Source: Pseudomonadota bacterium
Lineage (GTDB): Bacteria > Pseudomonadota > Alphaproteobacteria > Azospirillales > Azospirillaceae
DNA length: 42,623 bases
NCBI GenBank assembly: GCA_023416195.1
Contig: JAEZID010000196.1
Coordinates: 1 to 42,623 of the forward strand
Reading direction: 5' to 3'
Part shown: positions 1-8,778 of the stretch, in pieces
Numbering within the stretch: the first letter of the stretch is position 1
Layout of the letters: each line of letters opens with the position of its first letter
The notes under the pieces: generated by a model
Seen by the model: only the letters and a program-made list of their open reading frames with translations
Databases searched by the model: none
Told to the model about the DNA's origin: nothing
Position numbers and translations under genes: made by a program

Positions 1-25
1 CCCGAGCCGGATACCCAGACCGGCG

Positions 26-841
26 TCAGTCATCAGCCTTCTTCACCGGCTCGGTCTGCGGAGCGGCGACGGTGCCCTCGGCCGGCTGACCCGCGAAGAT
101 CGGGGCGGCAGCCGGGTGCCCGGCGAAGATGCCGGCGGCCGGGTGCCCGGCAAAGATGCCCGCGGCCGGTTGACCCGCGAAGATGCCCGCCGCCGTCGTG
201 GCCCCGGTGGCCGGCTGACCCGCGAAGATGTGGTTGCCGGCAGCGGCGCCCGTGGCGGGCTGACCGGCGAAGATCGGGCCGCCGGCCGTGGCGCCCGCCG
301 CCGGCTGGGCGACGAAGATGAACGCGCCCGTGGCCGCGCTGGGAATCGGCTGAGCGACGAAGATGATGGCACTGGCGGTGGCGCCGGTGGCGGGTTGGCC
401 AGCGAAGATCGGGCCGCCCGTCGGCTGGCCAGCGAAAATCCCGGCGGCCGGGTGGCCGGCGAAGATTCCAGCGGCCGGATGGCCGGCAAAAATCCCGGCG
501 CCCGCCCCGCCGTTCGTGCTGGCGCCAGTGGCCGGCTGGCCGGCGAAAATCGGACCGCCGGCCGGCGGAGGCGTGACGGCGGGCGCGCTGGCGCTGGCGA
601 CGGCGGCGGCGGTGGCGATCGACTCGGCGGCCACGTCCGGATCGACGTCTTGGCCCTTGGCGGTCAGGGTGCGCAGCGCATCACCGGCGGCCGACCGCAC
701 CGCCTCGGCGTTCACGCCGTCGAAACCGCTGCTGGCGAGCAGGGTCCGCTTGCCGGCGGCGTCCAGGCCGTTCAGCGTGTTGCGGAACTCGCTGTCGGTG
801 GCGAGGCGTTTGATGAGGTCGAGCGCGCGATTGTTCGCCAT
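26..841 (-). CDS. Putative multi-core RiPP precursor: helical leader-like N-terminus followed by 13 IF[AV][GA][QH]P repeats
   Basis: ATG at 841 follows GGGGGG (purine-rich RBS). The N-terminus ALDLIKRLATDSEFRNTL...LLASSGF...AVRSAAGDALRTL resembles Nif11/NHLP-clan leaders and the borosin-binding domain. The C-terminal half is repetitive. Confidence 0.65.
   Translation of the reverse strand: MANNRALDLIKRLATDSEFRNTLNGLDAAGKRTLLASSGFDGVNAEAVRSAAGDALRTLTAKGQDVDPDVAAESIATAAAVASASAPAVTPPPAGGPIFAGQPATGASTNGGAGAGIFAGHPAAGIFAGHPAAGIFAGQPTGGPIFAGQPATGATASAIIFVAQPIPSAATGAFIFVAQPAAGATAGGPIFAGQPATGAAAGNHIFAGQPATGATTAAGIFAGQPAAGIFAGHPAAGIFAGHPAAAPIFAGQPAEGTVAAPQTEPVKKADD
83..550 (-). repeat. Intragenic peptide repeat array (11x IFAG[QH]P, 2x IFVAQP)
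   Basis: Counted directly in the translation. Some copies are 9-aa tandem units (GIFAGHPAA); others have longer Ala/Gly/Thr spacers. Confidence 0.9.
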
Positions 842-1127
842 CGGATTCCCCCCTGCTGTCCCGTTTGCCTGAAACGACACCCGCTTTCGCTGTGCGCATT
901 GCGGTGTATGCAAGTTATTATAGGCAGCGATAACGATGGAACTACCACCGAATTTCCACGACCGTGAGTGCGTACGAATGCGATAGCGCTCTCATGCGAC
1001 GTTTTGCTGCACGCCGCGCCCATCTCTCGCAGGTTGCATCTTCCTCTCCCGAAGGGACGGCTGACACGGGCGGGCGGTCTGTGCCAGGGTCATGGTGCGC
1101 CGCCCAGCACATCGGGAGGGAATCGCG

Positions 1128-2822
1128 ATGGTGGACAACGCGGTTCGAAGCGGGAATTCCGGCTGGGTGCCGGCGCCGCCCTCGGTGCGCGCCATGCGGC
1201 TGGCTTCCGGCCTCGTGATCTTCAGCTTCGTGACGACGCATCTTCTGAACCACGCGATGGGCCTGATTTCGCTGGACGCGATGGGCGTGGCGCGCGGCTG
1301 GTTCGTCGCCTTCTGGCGCAGCACCCCGGCGACGATCCTGTTCTACGGGTCGGTGCTCGTTCACGCCGCCCTGGCGATGGTGGCCCTGTACCGGCGCCGC
1401 ACGCTGCGCATGCCGCCGGGGGAACTGGTGCAACTGGTCCTCGGGCTGGCGATTCCGTTCCTGGTGATCCCGCACGCGGTGGGAACGCGGCTTCATGCCG
1501 ACCTGACGGGGCTTGAGGACACGTACGACGTGGTCGTGCAGACTCTGTGGGTGGACGCCCCCATGGCCGGCCTGCGCCAAATGCTGACTCTGCTGGTGGC
1601 CTGGACGCACGGCTGCATCGGCATTCACTTCTGGCTGCGCCACCGGTCCTGGTATCCGGCGGCTGCACCCTGGCTGTTCGCCGTGGCCTTGCTGATCCCC
1701 GTCCTGGCCCTGATCGGCTTCGCCCAGGCGGGCAAGGAGGTCGCCGAGCTGGTCGCGCGCTACGGGCCCGAGGCGCGCGGCCCCGATCCGCCGATGCTGG
1801 AGTGGGTGCGGTCGGGCGCTTACGGCCTGTTCGGCGGGGCCATCGCGGCGACCCTCGCGGCGCGGGGCGTGCGGGCGGTGCAGCGGCGCAGCACGCTGGT
1901 GCGGATCGCCTATCCCGACCGCCAGATCGTCGCCGTGCCGCGCGGCTTCAGCGTGTTGGAGGCGAGCCGGCTCGCCGGGATTCCGCACGTCTCGGTCTGC
2001 GGTGGGCGGGGCCGCTGCTCGACCTGCCGGGTGCGCATCGTGGAGGGGGCGGACAAGTTGCCCGAACCGAGCGCGGAGGAGCGCGCCACGCTGGACCGGG
2101 TCAGGGCGCCGCAGGGGGTCCGGCTCGCCTGTCAGTTGCGCCCCACCGCCGACCTCTCAGTGATTCCGCTGATCCGCTCCACGCCGCTGGGACCGAGGCC
2201 GCGCACCGACGGCCGCTGGAGCGGCGAGGAACGCGCCATCGCCGTCCTGTTCTGCGACTTGCGCGGCTTCACCGCCCTGTCCGAACAGAAGCTGCCGTTC
2301 GACGTGGTCCATCTGCTGAACCAGTATTTCGCCATGATCGGGCAGGTGGTGGAAGGGGAGGGCGGGCGTGTGGACAAGTTCATCGGCGACGGCGCCATGG
2401 CCCTGTTCGGGGTGGACGGCAACCCGGACCGCGCCTGCCGTCAGGCCATCGCCGCCGCCTGCGCGGTCGCCGCCGGGGTCGAGGAGATGAGCCAAGGCTT
2501 GCAGACCGAGGTGTCCCACCCGCTGCGTCTCGCCATGGGGCTGCACGCGGGCGTCGCCATTGTCGGGGAGATGGGGTACGGCCCGGCGACCTCGCTCACC
2601 GCCGTCGGCGACGTGGTCAACGTGGCGAGCCGGCTGGAGGGCCTCGCCAAGGAACTGGACGCGGAACTCGTCGTCTCCGACACGGTTGTCCGGCGGGCGG
2701 GGCTGGACCTCGGCGACGGTGCCGCGCGGGACATCGCGGTGCGCGGCCGGGCGGCTCCGGTGCGGGTTCTGGTCCTGCCCCGGACGGCGCCGTTGCAGGC
2801 GGCGCTGAGGCGCCCAGCCTAA
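1128..2822 (+). CDS. Class III adenylate cyclase with His-bearing membrane anchor and 2Fe-2S ferredoxin domain (CyaC-like)
   Basis: RBS GGGAGGG before ATG 1128. TM region with HLLNH, VHAAL, IPHAVG and WTHGCIGIH. Ferredoxin motif CGGRGRCSTC...RLACQ. Cyclase motifs LFCDLRGFT, DKFIGDG and GDVVNVASRLE. Confidence 0.9.
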   Translation: MVDNAVRSGNSGWVPAPPSVRAMRLASGLVIFSFVTTHLLNHAMGLISLDAMGVARGWFVAFWRSTPATILFYGSVLVHAALAMVALYRRRTLRMPPGELVQLVLGLAIPFLVIPHAVGTRLHADLTGLEDTYDVVVQTLWVDAPMAGLRQMLTLLVAWTHGCIGIHFWLRHRSWYPAAAPWLFAVALLIPVLALIGFAQAGKEVAELVARYGPEARGPDPPMLEWVRSGAYGLFGGAIAATLAARGVRAVQRRSTLVRIAYPDRQIVAVPRGFSVLEASRLAGIPHVSVCGGRGRCSTCRVRIVEGADKLPEPSAEERATLDRVRAPQGVRLACQLRPTADLSVIPLIRSTPLGPRPRTDGRWSGEERAIAVLFCDLRGFTALSEQKLPFDVVHLLNQYFAMIGQVVEGEGGRVDKFIGDGAMALFGVDGNPDRACRQAIAAACAVAAGVEEMSQGLQTEVSHPLRLAMGLHAGVAIVGEMGYGPATSLTAVGDVVNVASRLEGLAKELDAELVVSDTVVRRAGLDLGDGAARDIAVRGRAAPVRVLVLPRTAPLQAALRRPA

Positions 2823-2884
2823 CCGGTCGGATTAACCATTCGCACACAAGCCTTGACATGGCAGTGGCCCTGACACAATTATAT

Positions 2885-2896
2885 TGCACTGCAGCA
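2885..2896 (+). promoter_or_regulatory. Putative PhaR/AniA-type binding site
   Basis: TGCACTGCAGCA directly after TATAT. It fits the TGC-N3-GCA-type PhaR boxes described for alphaproteobacteria. Confidence 0.45.
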
Positions 2897-2949
2897 AAAC
2901 AAGAACCCATTCCGGGAGAGACGCCTTCTCGATCCTTGAGGAGGTTTCC

Positions 2950-3162
2950 TTGATCACCACGCATTCCGACGTCTCATCCGCCAATCCCCCCTCGGCCACC
3001 TTCTCCTCGGCCCTTCCGTCCGCCACGGAGTTGCGCCGCATCCGCCGCGAAGCCGAAGAGATGCGCGTCGCGACCATCCGCAACATCGTCCGCAGGCTGA
3101 TCACGGCCCTGTCCGGCTTCGGCCGCGCGCCCTCCCTGCGTCTGGGCGAGCGCCGGGCGTAA
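2950..3162 (+). CDS. Small Arg-rich protein (RSP_7527-like)
   Basis: Strong RBS GAGGAGG before TTG 2950. The amphipathic helix ELRRIRREAEEMRVATIRNIVRRL resembles small alphaproteobacterial proteins of this type. Confidence 0.6.
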   Translation: MITTHSDVSSANPPSATFSSALPSATELRRIRREAEEMRVATIRNIVRRLITALSGFGRAPSLRLGERRA

Positions 3163-3256
3163 AGCGCCCTCTTTCTTGAAAATCCTGCGAACCCCACCGC
3201 GCCCACGGGGCGCGGCGAGGGCTTTCCTTGTCTTTTGTCAATCCATGGAGTTCGTC

Positions 3257-4219
3257 ATGGAAAAGCGAGCGGTCGCCCTCGGCGGCTTCGGTGGCTTCAA
3301 CCTGCATGGGGCGGGTGTTCTGACGGCGCTGGACCGCACCGGCGCGATGCCCGACCTGTTCACGGTGACCTCCGGGCAGATCGTCGTCCTCGCCGCGTGG
3401 CTGCGCGGCGAGAACCTGCGTGATCTGCTTCTGCACCGGGATCGCGCGTCCGGCCCGTTCCAGACCTGGTGGACGGCCATCTTCGGCCACACCGGCGTCT
3501 TCCGGCCCGCCATCCATGAGCACGCGCGCCGCTGGCTCGACGTGCCGCTGTCGCCGGACGCCATGCTGGAACGGCTGATGCCGGCCCGCCAGTATCTTCC
3601 CGCCCGCGAGACCGGCTACGCCGACGAGATCGCGCGCACGCTGAACGAGGCCGAGGTCGGCGTGGTGTTCAACACCTACGACTTCCGGGCCGGGGTGGGG
3701 GTGCTGCACGGCAACCCCGCCGCGCGCCGCCTGATGGCCGGCGAGGTCGGGCTGGAGGACATCACGCCCGAGGCGGTGCAAAGCGCCCTGTGGCTGTACC
3801 TCTACGGTTTCGAGGAGGCGCCCGGTGGCCTGATCGACGGCGCCTATCACCGCAGCGTCATCCTGGCCGAACTGCACGGCTTCGATCGGGTGACCGTAGC
3901 GGCGCCCTTTCCGGTGTCGTGGCTGGGGCCGGTGCCGAAGAACCAGCTGGAGGTGGAGAACTGGAAGATCCGCCAGTGGTTCGCCAACTCCTACAAGGCC
4001 GAGGTGGCCCGCCTGCGCCGCGTGATCGAGCTGATCGACCGGGGCACGTTGCAGGATCCGGCCTACCGCATCCGGTCCCTGACCGAGCTGCCGTTGCGCC
4101 GGCATTACGGCTATTTCGACTACTTCACCGAGAAGGAGGAGGTGTTCGACGACGCCCTGGTTCAGGCGCTCGACGCTTTCGGGGAGCCGGCGCATCGCCG
4201 GATCCGCTCTGCCGGATAA
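3257..4219 (+). CDS. Divergent patatin-like hydrolase
   Basis: GGAG RBS. Gly-rich loop ALGGFGG..HGAGVLTAL, nucleophile elbow VTSGQ, and IDGA (DGG-like) motif. Confidence 0.65.
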   Translation: MEKRAVALGGFGGFNLHGAGVLTALDRTGAMPDLFTVTSGQIVVLAAWLRGENLRDLLLHRDRASGPFQTWWTAIFGHTGVFRPAIHEHARRWLDVPLSPDAMLERLMPARQYLPARETGYADEIARTLNEAEVGVVFNTYDFRAGVGVLHGNPAARRLMAGEVGLEDITPEAVQSALWLYLYGFEEAPGGLIDGAYHRSVILAELHGFDRVTVAAPFPVSWLGPVPKNQLEVENWKIRQWFANSYKAEVARLRRVIELIDRGTLQDPAYRIRSLTELPLRRHYGYFDYFTEKEEVFDDALVQALDAFGEPAHRRIRSAG

Positions 4220-4278
4220 GTGACGTTCCTCATGCCCGCCCCAACTGTTGAAGGGAAGGGCAGACATGAGGAAACGCC

Positions 4279-4530
4279 ATGGCCACCGAACGCAACCGGC
4301 CGGACGGCGCGTCGTCCGGCACCTCATCGGGCAGCAATTCATCGAACGGCGACAAGCCGTCCATCGTCGATCTGGTCACCGACCCCGAACGGTTCGACCA
4401 GTGGCAACGCCAGCGTGAACGGGAAGAGGCGGCGGACAAGCGCTCGCCGTCCTCCGACCGGCCCGCATCGGACCGGCCGCCATCGGACCGTCCAGCATCG
4501 GACCGTGACGAGCGCGGCCGGGATTCCTGA
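4279..4530 (+). CDS. Small hydrophilic hypothetical protein with P[SAP]SDR repeats
   Basis: GAGG RBS. The stop overlaps the start of the CBS gene (TGATG). Four PxSDR repeats. Confidence 0.55.
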   Translation: MATERNRPDGASSGTSSGSNSSNGDKPSIVDLVTDPERFDQWQRQREREEAADKRSPSSDRPASDRPPSDRPASDRDERGRDS

Positions 4531-4976
4531 TGGAGTCCCGGTCGATGCTGGTGTCCGAGCTCATGTCCAAGACGCTGGAATTCATCTCCCCCGACGCCAC
4601 GGTGCAGGAGGCGGCGACCCTGCTGGGCGAACTGGACGTCGGCGCCTTGCCGGTCGGCTCGCCCGAGGATTTGCAGGGCATCCTGACAGACCGCGACATC
4701 CTGTTCCGCGTCGTGGCCGAAGGGGCGGACAACGCCCGGACGCGCGTGCGGGACGTGATGTCCACGACCCTGTTCACCTGCCGCGACACCGACACGCTGG
4801 CGACGGCCATGGACATCATGGGCTCCTACCATGTCCGCCGCCTGCCGGTCCTGAACGGGGACGGGTGCGTCGTCGGCTGGGTCGCCCTGTCGGACGTTTC
4901 GCGCCGGCTGCTGCTGGACACCGGCGCGGTGCAAGACGCCCTCGGCGAACTCAGCGCGTCGGGACAGGAGGTCTGA
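4530..4976 (+). CDS. CBS domain protein
   Basis: Two CBS repeats (VGALPV...GILTDRDI; VRRLPV...VGWVALSDV). Confidence 0.9.
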   Translation: MESRSMLVSELMSKTLEFISPDATVQEAATLLGELDVGALPVGSPEDLQGILTDRDILFRVVAEGADNARTRVRDVMSTTLFTCRDTDTLATAMDIMGSYHVRRLPVLNGDGCVVGWVALSDVSRRLLLDTGAVQDALGELSASGQEV

Positions 4977-5538
4977 CGGCGCGCCCCTCGCCCCGCATGC
5001 CGAAGCGGCGATTCAGCCGGACCACGAGGTCGCCCGGCAGGTCAAGCCGGTGCGCGAGGTAGCGCAGATAGGACCGGTTGACCGCCGTTTCCCTGTCCGA
5101 CACGGCCAGATCCAGCACGGCCAGGGAAACGGCGTAGAAGCGCGCCGCCATGCGCGGCGTGTCCGCCCGGCGAACGAGGGTTTCCAGGCACGGCGGCTCC
5201 TCGATGATCCGTTCCAGATCCCGCCGTTCGGCCTCGCCGATCCGGCTGGTGCGCAGCGCGGCCCGGATCCGTCCACGCTCCCTCGGGTCGAGCGCACCGT
5301 CGGCGTGCGCGGCGGCGGCCATGGCGCGGATCAGCAGGTCGGCCTCCTCCGCAGCCACCGCGTGCAGGTCGGAGGTGGGCAGATCCAGCAGCCGGTGCCG
5401 CTGCCGCAGATGGGCTTCCAGGATCTGCCGGGCCAGCGTGGCGAACAGCACGGGCTGATGCCCGAGCCGCCGGCCGAGGCCGTTGTTCCCGGTCCGCTCG
5501 TTCCCATCCTGGGAGGGTGTCTGGTCTTGCGTGGTCAT
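4951..5538 (-). CDS. DUF533/TerB-like protein
   Basis: LLIRAMAAAAHADGALDPRERGRI, FYAVSLAV and YLRYLAHRLDL motifs. ATG at 5538. The upstream part of the 777-aa ORF is an antisense shadow. Confidence 0.75.
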   Translation of the reverse strand: MTTQDQTPSQDGNERTGNNGLGRRLGHQPVLFATLARQILEAHLRQRHRLLDLPTSDLHAVAAEEADLLIRAMAAAAHADGALDPRERGRIRAALRTSRIGEAERRDLERIIEEPPCLETLVRRADTPRMAARFYAVSLAVLDLAVSDRETAVNRSYLRYLAHRLDLPGDLVVRLNRRFGMRGEGRAVRPPVPTR

Positions 5539-5649
5539 ACCCCGAAAACGGACCGTCGAACGGGTTTGTTTCCGCCGTGGCGGGAACACCGCCGGATGCC
5601 CGTGGTTACGCCTCGACCAATCGTCGCAATTTGATGGATACGGCACCGG

Positions 5650-7416
5650 ATGACCACACCGCAGCTCCTGTCCTTCGCCCTGGTCGGCGGCGTGGTGGTC
5701 CTGCTCGTGTGGAACCGTCTGCGCTACGACGTGGTGGCCGTGCTGGCGCTTCTGGCCGCCGTCGCCCTGGGGCTGGTGCCCGCGAAGGAAGCCTTCTCCG
5801 GCTTCTCCGACGACATCGTCATCATCGTCGCCTCGGCTCTGATCGTCAGCGCGGGCATCGCGCGGTCCGGCGTGATCGACGCGCTGGTGCGGCCGATGGC
5901 GTCCAGGCTCGACACGCCCGGCCGGCAGATCGCCTTCCTCGGCGGGGCGGTGGCCTTCATGTCGGCGCTGATGAAGAACATCGGCGCGCTCGCCATCTTC
6001 CTGCCCATCGCCATGCAGCTGGCCCGCCGCCACCGCACGGGCGTGCACAAGGTGCTGATGCCGATGGCTTTCGCCTCGCTGATGGGCGGGCTGATGACGC
6101 TGGTCGGCACCTCGCCCAACATCATCGTGTCGCGCGTGCGGGCGGAGATGACCGGCGAGCCCTTCGCGATGTTCGACTATCTGCCGGTGGGGCTGGGGAT
6201 CACGGTGGCCGGTCTGGCCTTCTTGGTGGTCGGCTGGCGCCTGCTGCCGGAGGACCGCAGCGGCGCCCGCGCGCCGGAGGAGACCTTCGCCGTCGAGAAT
6301 TACGCCAGCGAGATGCTGCTTCCCGCCACATCGCCTTTCGTCGGGCGCACGGTGGGGGAGGTGGAGGCCCTGGCGGAAGGGGAGGCGGCGGTCATCGGCC
6401 TGATCCGCGAGCGGTTCCGCCGCTACGTGCCGGACGACCATTGGGTGCTGCTGGGCGGCGACATCCTCGTGCTGGAGGGCGACGCCCCGGCGCTCCAGCG
6501 CATCGTCCACGGCGCGGCGCTGGAGCCGGTCGGCCTGCCGGGCGATCCCGGGGTGGGGGAGGCGCTGATCGTGGAGGCGGTGGTGACCCCCGATTCCCCC
6601 CTGGCCGGCCAATCGGCCCGCCGCGTGAACCTGCGCCGGGAGTTCGGGCTCAGCCTGCTGGCGGTCAGCCGGCGCGGCGCGCGCATGACCCAGCGCCTGC
6701 ACCACATCCTGTTCCAGGAAGGCGACCTCCTGCTGCTTCAGGTGCCGACCGACCGCTACCCGGACGCCCTGGCCGACGCCAAGCTCATTCCTTTGGCCGA
6801 ACGCCACCTCCAGCTCGGCCGCCGGCGCCCGGCCTGGGTTCCGGTCGGCATCGTCGCCGTCACCATGCTGGTCGTCGGCTTCAATCTGGCGCCGCTGGCC
6901 GTCACCTTCCTGGCGGCGGCGGCGGCGATGGTCGTCACCGGCGTTCTGACCGCCGACGAGGCCTACAACGCCGTGGAATGGCCGATCCTGGTCCTGCTGG
7001 CCGCCCTGATCCCGGTCAGCGGCACGCTGGAGAGCACCGGCGGCACCGACCTGATCGCCGGGCTGCTGGCCCAGGCGTCGGGCAATCTGCCGCCCTTCGC
7101 CAACGTCACGCTGATCATGGCCGCCGCGATGGCCGTGACGCCCTTTCTCAACAACGCGGCGACCGTGCTGGTGATGGCCCCGATCGGGGCGAGCCTCGCC
7201 AATCAGCTTGGCCTCAACCCCGATCCGTTCCTGATGGCGGTGGCGGTCGGGGCGGGCAGCGACTTCCTGACGCCCATCGGCCACCAGTGCAACACGCTGG
7301 TCATGGCGCCGGGCGGCTACCGCTTCGGCGACTACCCCCGGCTGGGCGGGCCGCTGTCGCTGCTCATCCTCGTGCTGGGGACCTGGCTGATCGTCATGGT
7401 CTGGCCGCTTCGCTGA
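5650..7416 (+). CDS. SLC13/CitMHS-family permease with TrkA-C domains
   Basis: Multiple TM segments. Motifs SALMKNIG, TLVGTSPN, TPFLNNAAT and FLTPIGHQCN. Central TrkA-C repeats. Confidence 0.9.
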   Translation: MTTPQLLSFALVGGVVVLLVWNRLRYDVVAVLALLAAVALGLVPAKEAFSGFSDDIVIIVASALIVSAGIARSGVIDALVRPMASRLDTPGRQIAFLGGAVAFMSALMKNIGALAIFLPIAMQLARRHRTGVHKVLMPMAFASLMGGLMTLVGTSPNIIVSRVRAEMTGEPFAMFDYLPVGLGITVAGLAFLVVGWRLLPEDRSGARAPEETFAVENYASEMLLPATSPFVGRTVGEVEALAEGEAAVIGLIRERFRRYVPDDHWVLLGGDILVLEGDAPALQRIVHGAALEPVGLPGDPGVGEALIVEAVVTPDSPLAGQSARRVNLRREFGLSLLAVSRRGARMTQRLHHILFQEGDLLLLQVPTDRYPDALADAKLIPLAERHLQLGRRRPAWVPVGIVAVTMLVVGFNLAPLAVTFLAAAAAMVVTGVLTADEAYNAVEWPILVLLAALIPVSGTLESTGGTDLIAGLLAQASGNLPPFANVTLIMAAAMAVTPFLNNAATVLVMAPIGASLANQLGLNPDPFLMAVAVGAGSDFLTPIGHQCNTLVMAPGGYRFGDYPRLGGPLSLLILVLGTWLIVMVWPLR

Positions 7417-7430
7417 GCATGCCCTCGATA

Positions 7431-7847
7431 TCAGTCCTCGATGATTTCCACACCCTGTCGGCTCAGTTGTTCAAGGTTGTCCTTCATGGCCTTGAGCTGT
7501 TCGGGGGAGTGCCCCTGCCAGTCCGTGACCTCGCCCGTGACGCGAAGCGGATGGCGAGAGCGGTATGATTTCGTTGGATTGCCGGGATACTTCTTGTCCG
7601 TCAGATTGGGGTCGTCTTCGATCGGGCCGGTCGGCTCCACCACGTAAATTCTGCCGGGTCCTTCGCCAAGAGCCAGCTCGGCCCCCCAGGCGGCCGCATC
7701 CAACGTGGCCGTCAGATAGACGAAGGCCGCCTTTTTCCTCTTGCCGTAGTTGGGGGTGTAGCCGGGCGCGATCAGGTCCCCCCGCTTCAGGTCGGCCTTC
7801 GTGCCATGGTAGAACAACGGCGAACTCGGATCGTCAATGGCGGCCAC
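7431..7847 (-). CDS. arr: NAD(+)-rifampin ADP-ribosyltransferase
   Basis: FYHGTKADL, VYLTATLDAAAWGAELA and VEPTGPIEDDPNLTDKKYPGNPTKSYRS are Arr signature segments. Confidence 0.93.
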   Translation of the reverse strand: MAAIDDPSSPLFYHGTKADLKRGDLIAPGYTPNYGKRKKAAFVYLTATLDAAAWGAELALGEGPGRIYVVEPTGPIEDDPNLTDKKYPGNPTKSYRSRHPLRVTGEVTDWQGHSPEQLKAMKDNLEQLSRQGVEIIED

Positions 7848-8128
7848 CGGCGCGCCCCCTCTGCTGTTCGGCTAATCGGCTAAGCTGCCGCAAATTGCGA
7901 TCCTCCATTTGTAAATCCCGGCGACGAAGAATGCAGCGTGAAAGATTGTCGGCCGGGGTCGGCACCACCAAGGCCACGCACCCGCGACCTGATCGTTGCC
8001 ACTCCCTCCACCGATAAATCGCATAAGGGGTCTTATGGAAAACAAAAGATCATCCTCTCATGGGGTTTACCGTGGCGCGGGAACACCATACATCGCGCGG
8101 GGTTTCACTTTCGCGACAGGCAGACCGC

Positions 8129-8476
8129 ATGAGAGCCTTCATGGACACCCCGATGGACTCCGTAGCCGAGGCCCGGCGCAAAGCCGGTTTGGAGATTCAG
8201 ACGCTGGCCGAGGATTTCGAGCGGAGCGATGAAGCGGCCTTCCGCCGCACGCGCATCGCCTGCTGGGTCGTGGTGGCGGTCGTCACCCTGGTTCTGCTGG
8301 TGCTCCTGGTGGCCGGTGGCGACTGGCGCTATCTGGGGGCCTTCTGGCTGTTCGTCGTCGGTTTCACCTGGGCGGGCTACTGGGTCTCGTCCCGCCGCCA
8401 GCGCGAACAGACCAGCCGCCTGCGGGCGCTTGCTGTCCGCTGGCTGAGCGACGAGCCACCGCCCGCTTATCAATAA
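8129..8476 (+). CDS. Small membrane protein with two TM helices
   Basis: Two clear hydrophobic helices. Start uncertain (8129 or 8141). Confidence 0.65.
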   Translation: MRAFMDTPMDSVAEARRKAGLEIQTLAEDFERSDEAAFRRTRIACWVVVAVVTLVLLVLLVAGGDWRYLGAFWLFVVGFTWAGYWVSSRRQREQTSRLRALAVRWLSDEPPPAYQ

Positions 8477-8507
8477 GGGCCGTGCCAATGCATTCTATGC
8501 CGCTGGG

Positions 8508-8651
8508 TCAGCGCCGCCGACCGGTGTAGAAGCCCGCCACGGCGCAGCACAGCGCCGCCACCACGATACGGATCGGCGTCGGATCGTAGGCGACCACGAC
8601 CACCAGCAGGGCCAAGGCCCCGAACATCATCGCCACCCCCGCAACCCGCAT
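8508..8651 (-). CDS. Very small membrane protein (about 47 aa)
   Basis: MRVAGVAMMFGALALLVVVVAYDPTPIRIVVAALCCAVAGFYTGRRR: hydrophobic hairpin with a basic tail. Confidence 0.5.
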   Translation of the reverse strand: MRVAGVAMMFGALALLVVVVAYDPTPIRIVVAALCCAVAGFYTGRRR

Positions 8652-8778
8652 CGCCGCCCCCGCCCCTTTGCCCACGCCCTTCCGGCGGAACAGCGGCGGG
8701 CGATGCCCGCTCCGCACCCTTGCGACGTACCCAATCCGGGGCGTTGCCGCTCTTTCGGTCCGTGGCGAAGGCCGGAGT

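Noticed and set aside
83..550. Repeats as a CRISPR array
   Set aside because: They are in-frame codon-level repeats with synonymous variation and irregular spacing. No cas genes are present.
4951..7284. 777-aa minus-strand ORF
   Set aside because: Only 4951..5538 looks like a protein. The rest is mostly antisense to the SLC13 gene, a high-GC artefact.
7417..8130. Integron cassette or mobile context for arr
   Set aside because: No attC-like palindrome, integrase, transposase or target-site duplication was seen.
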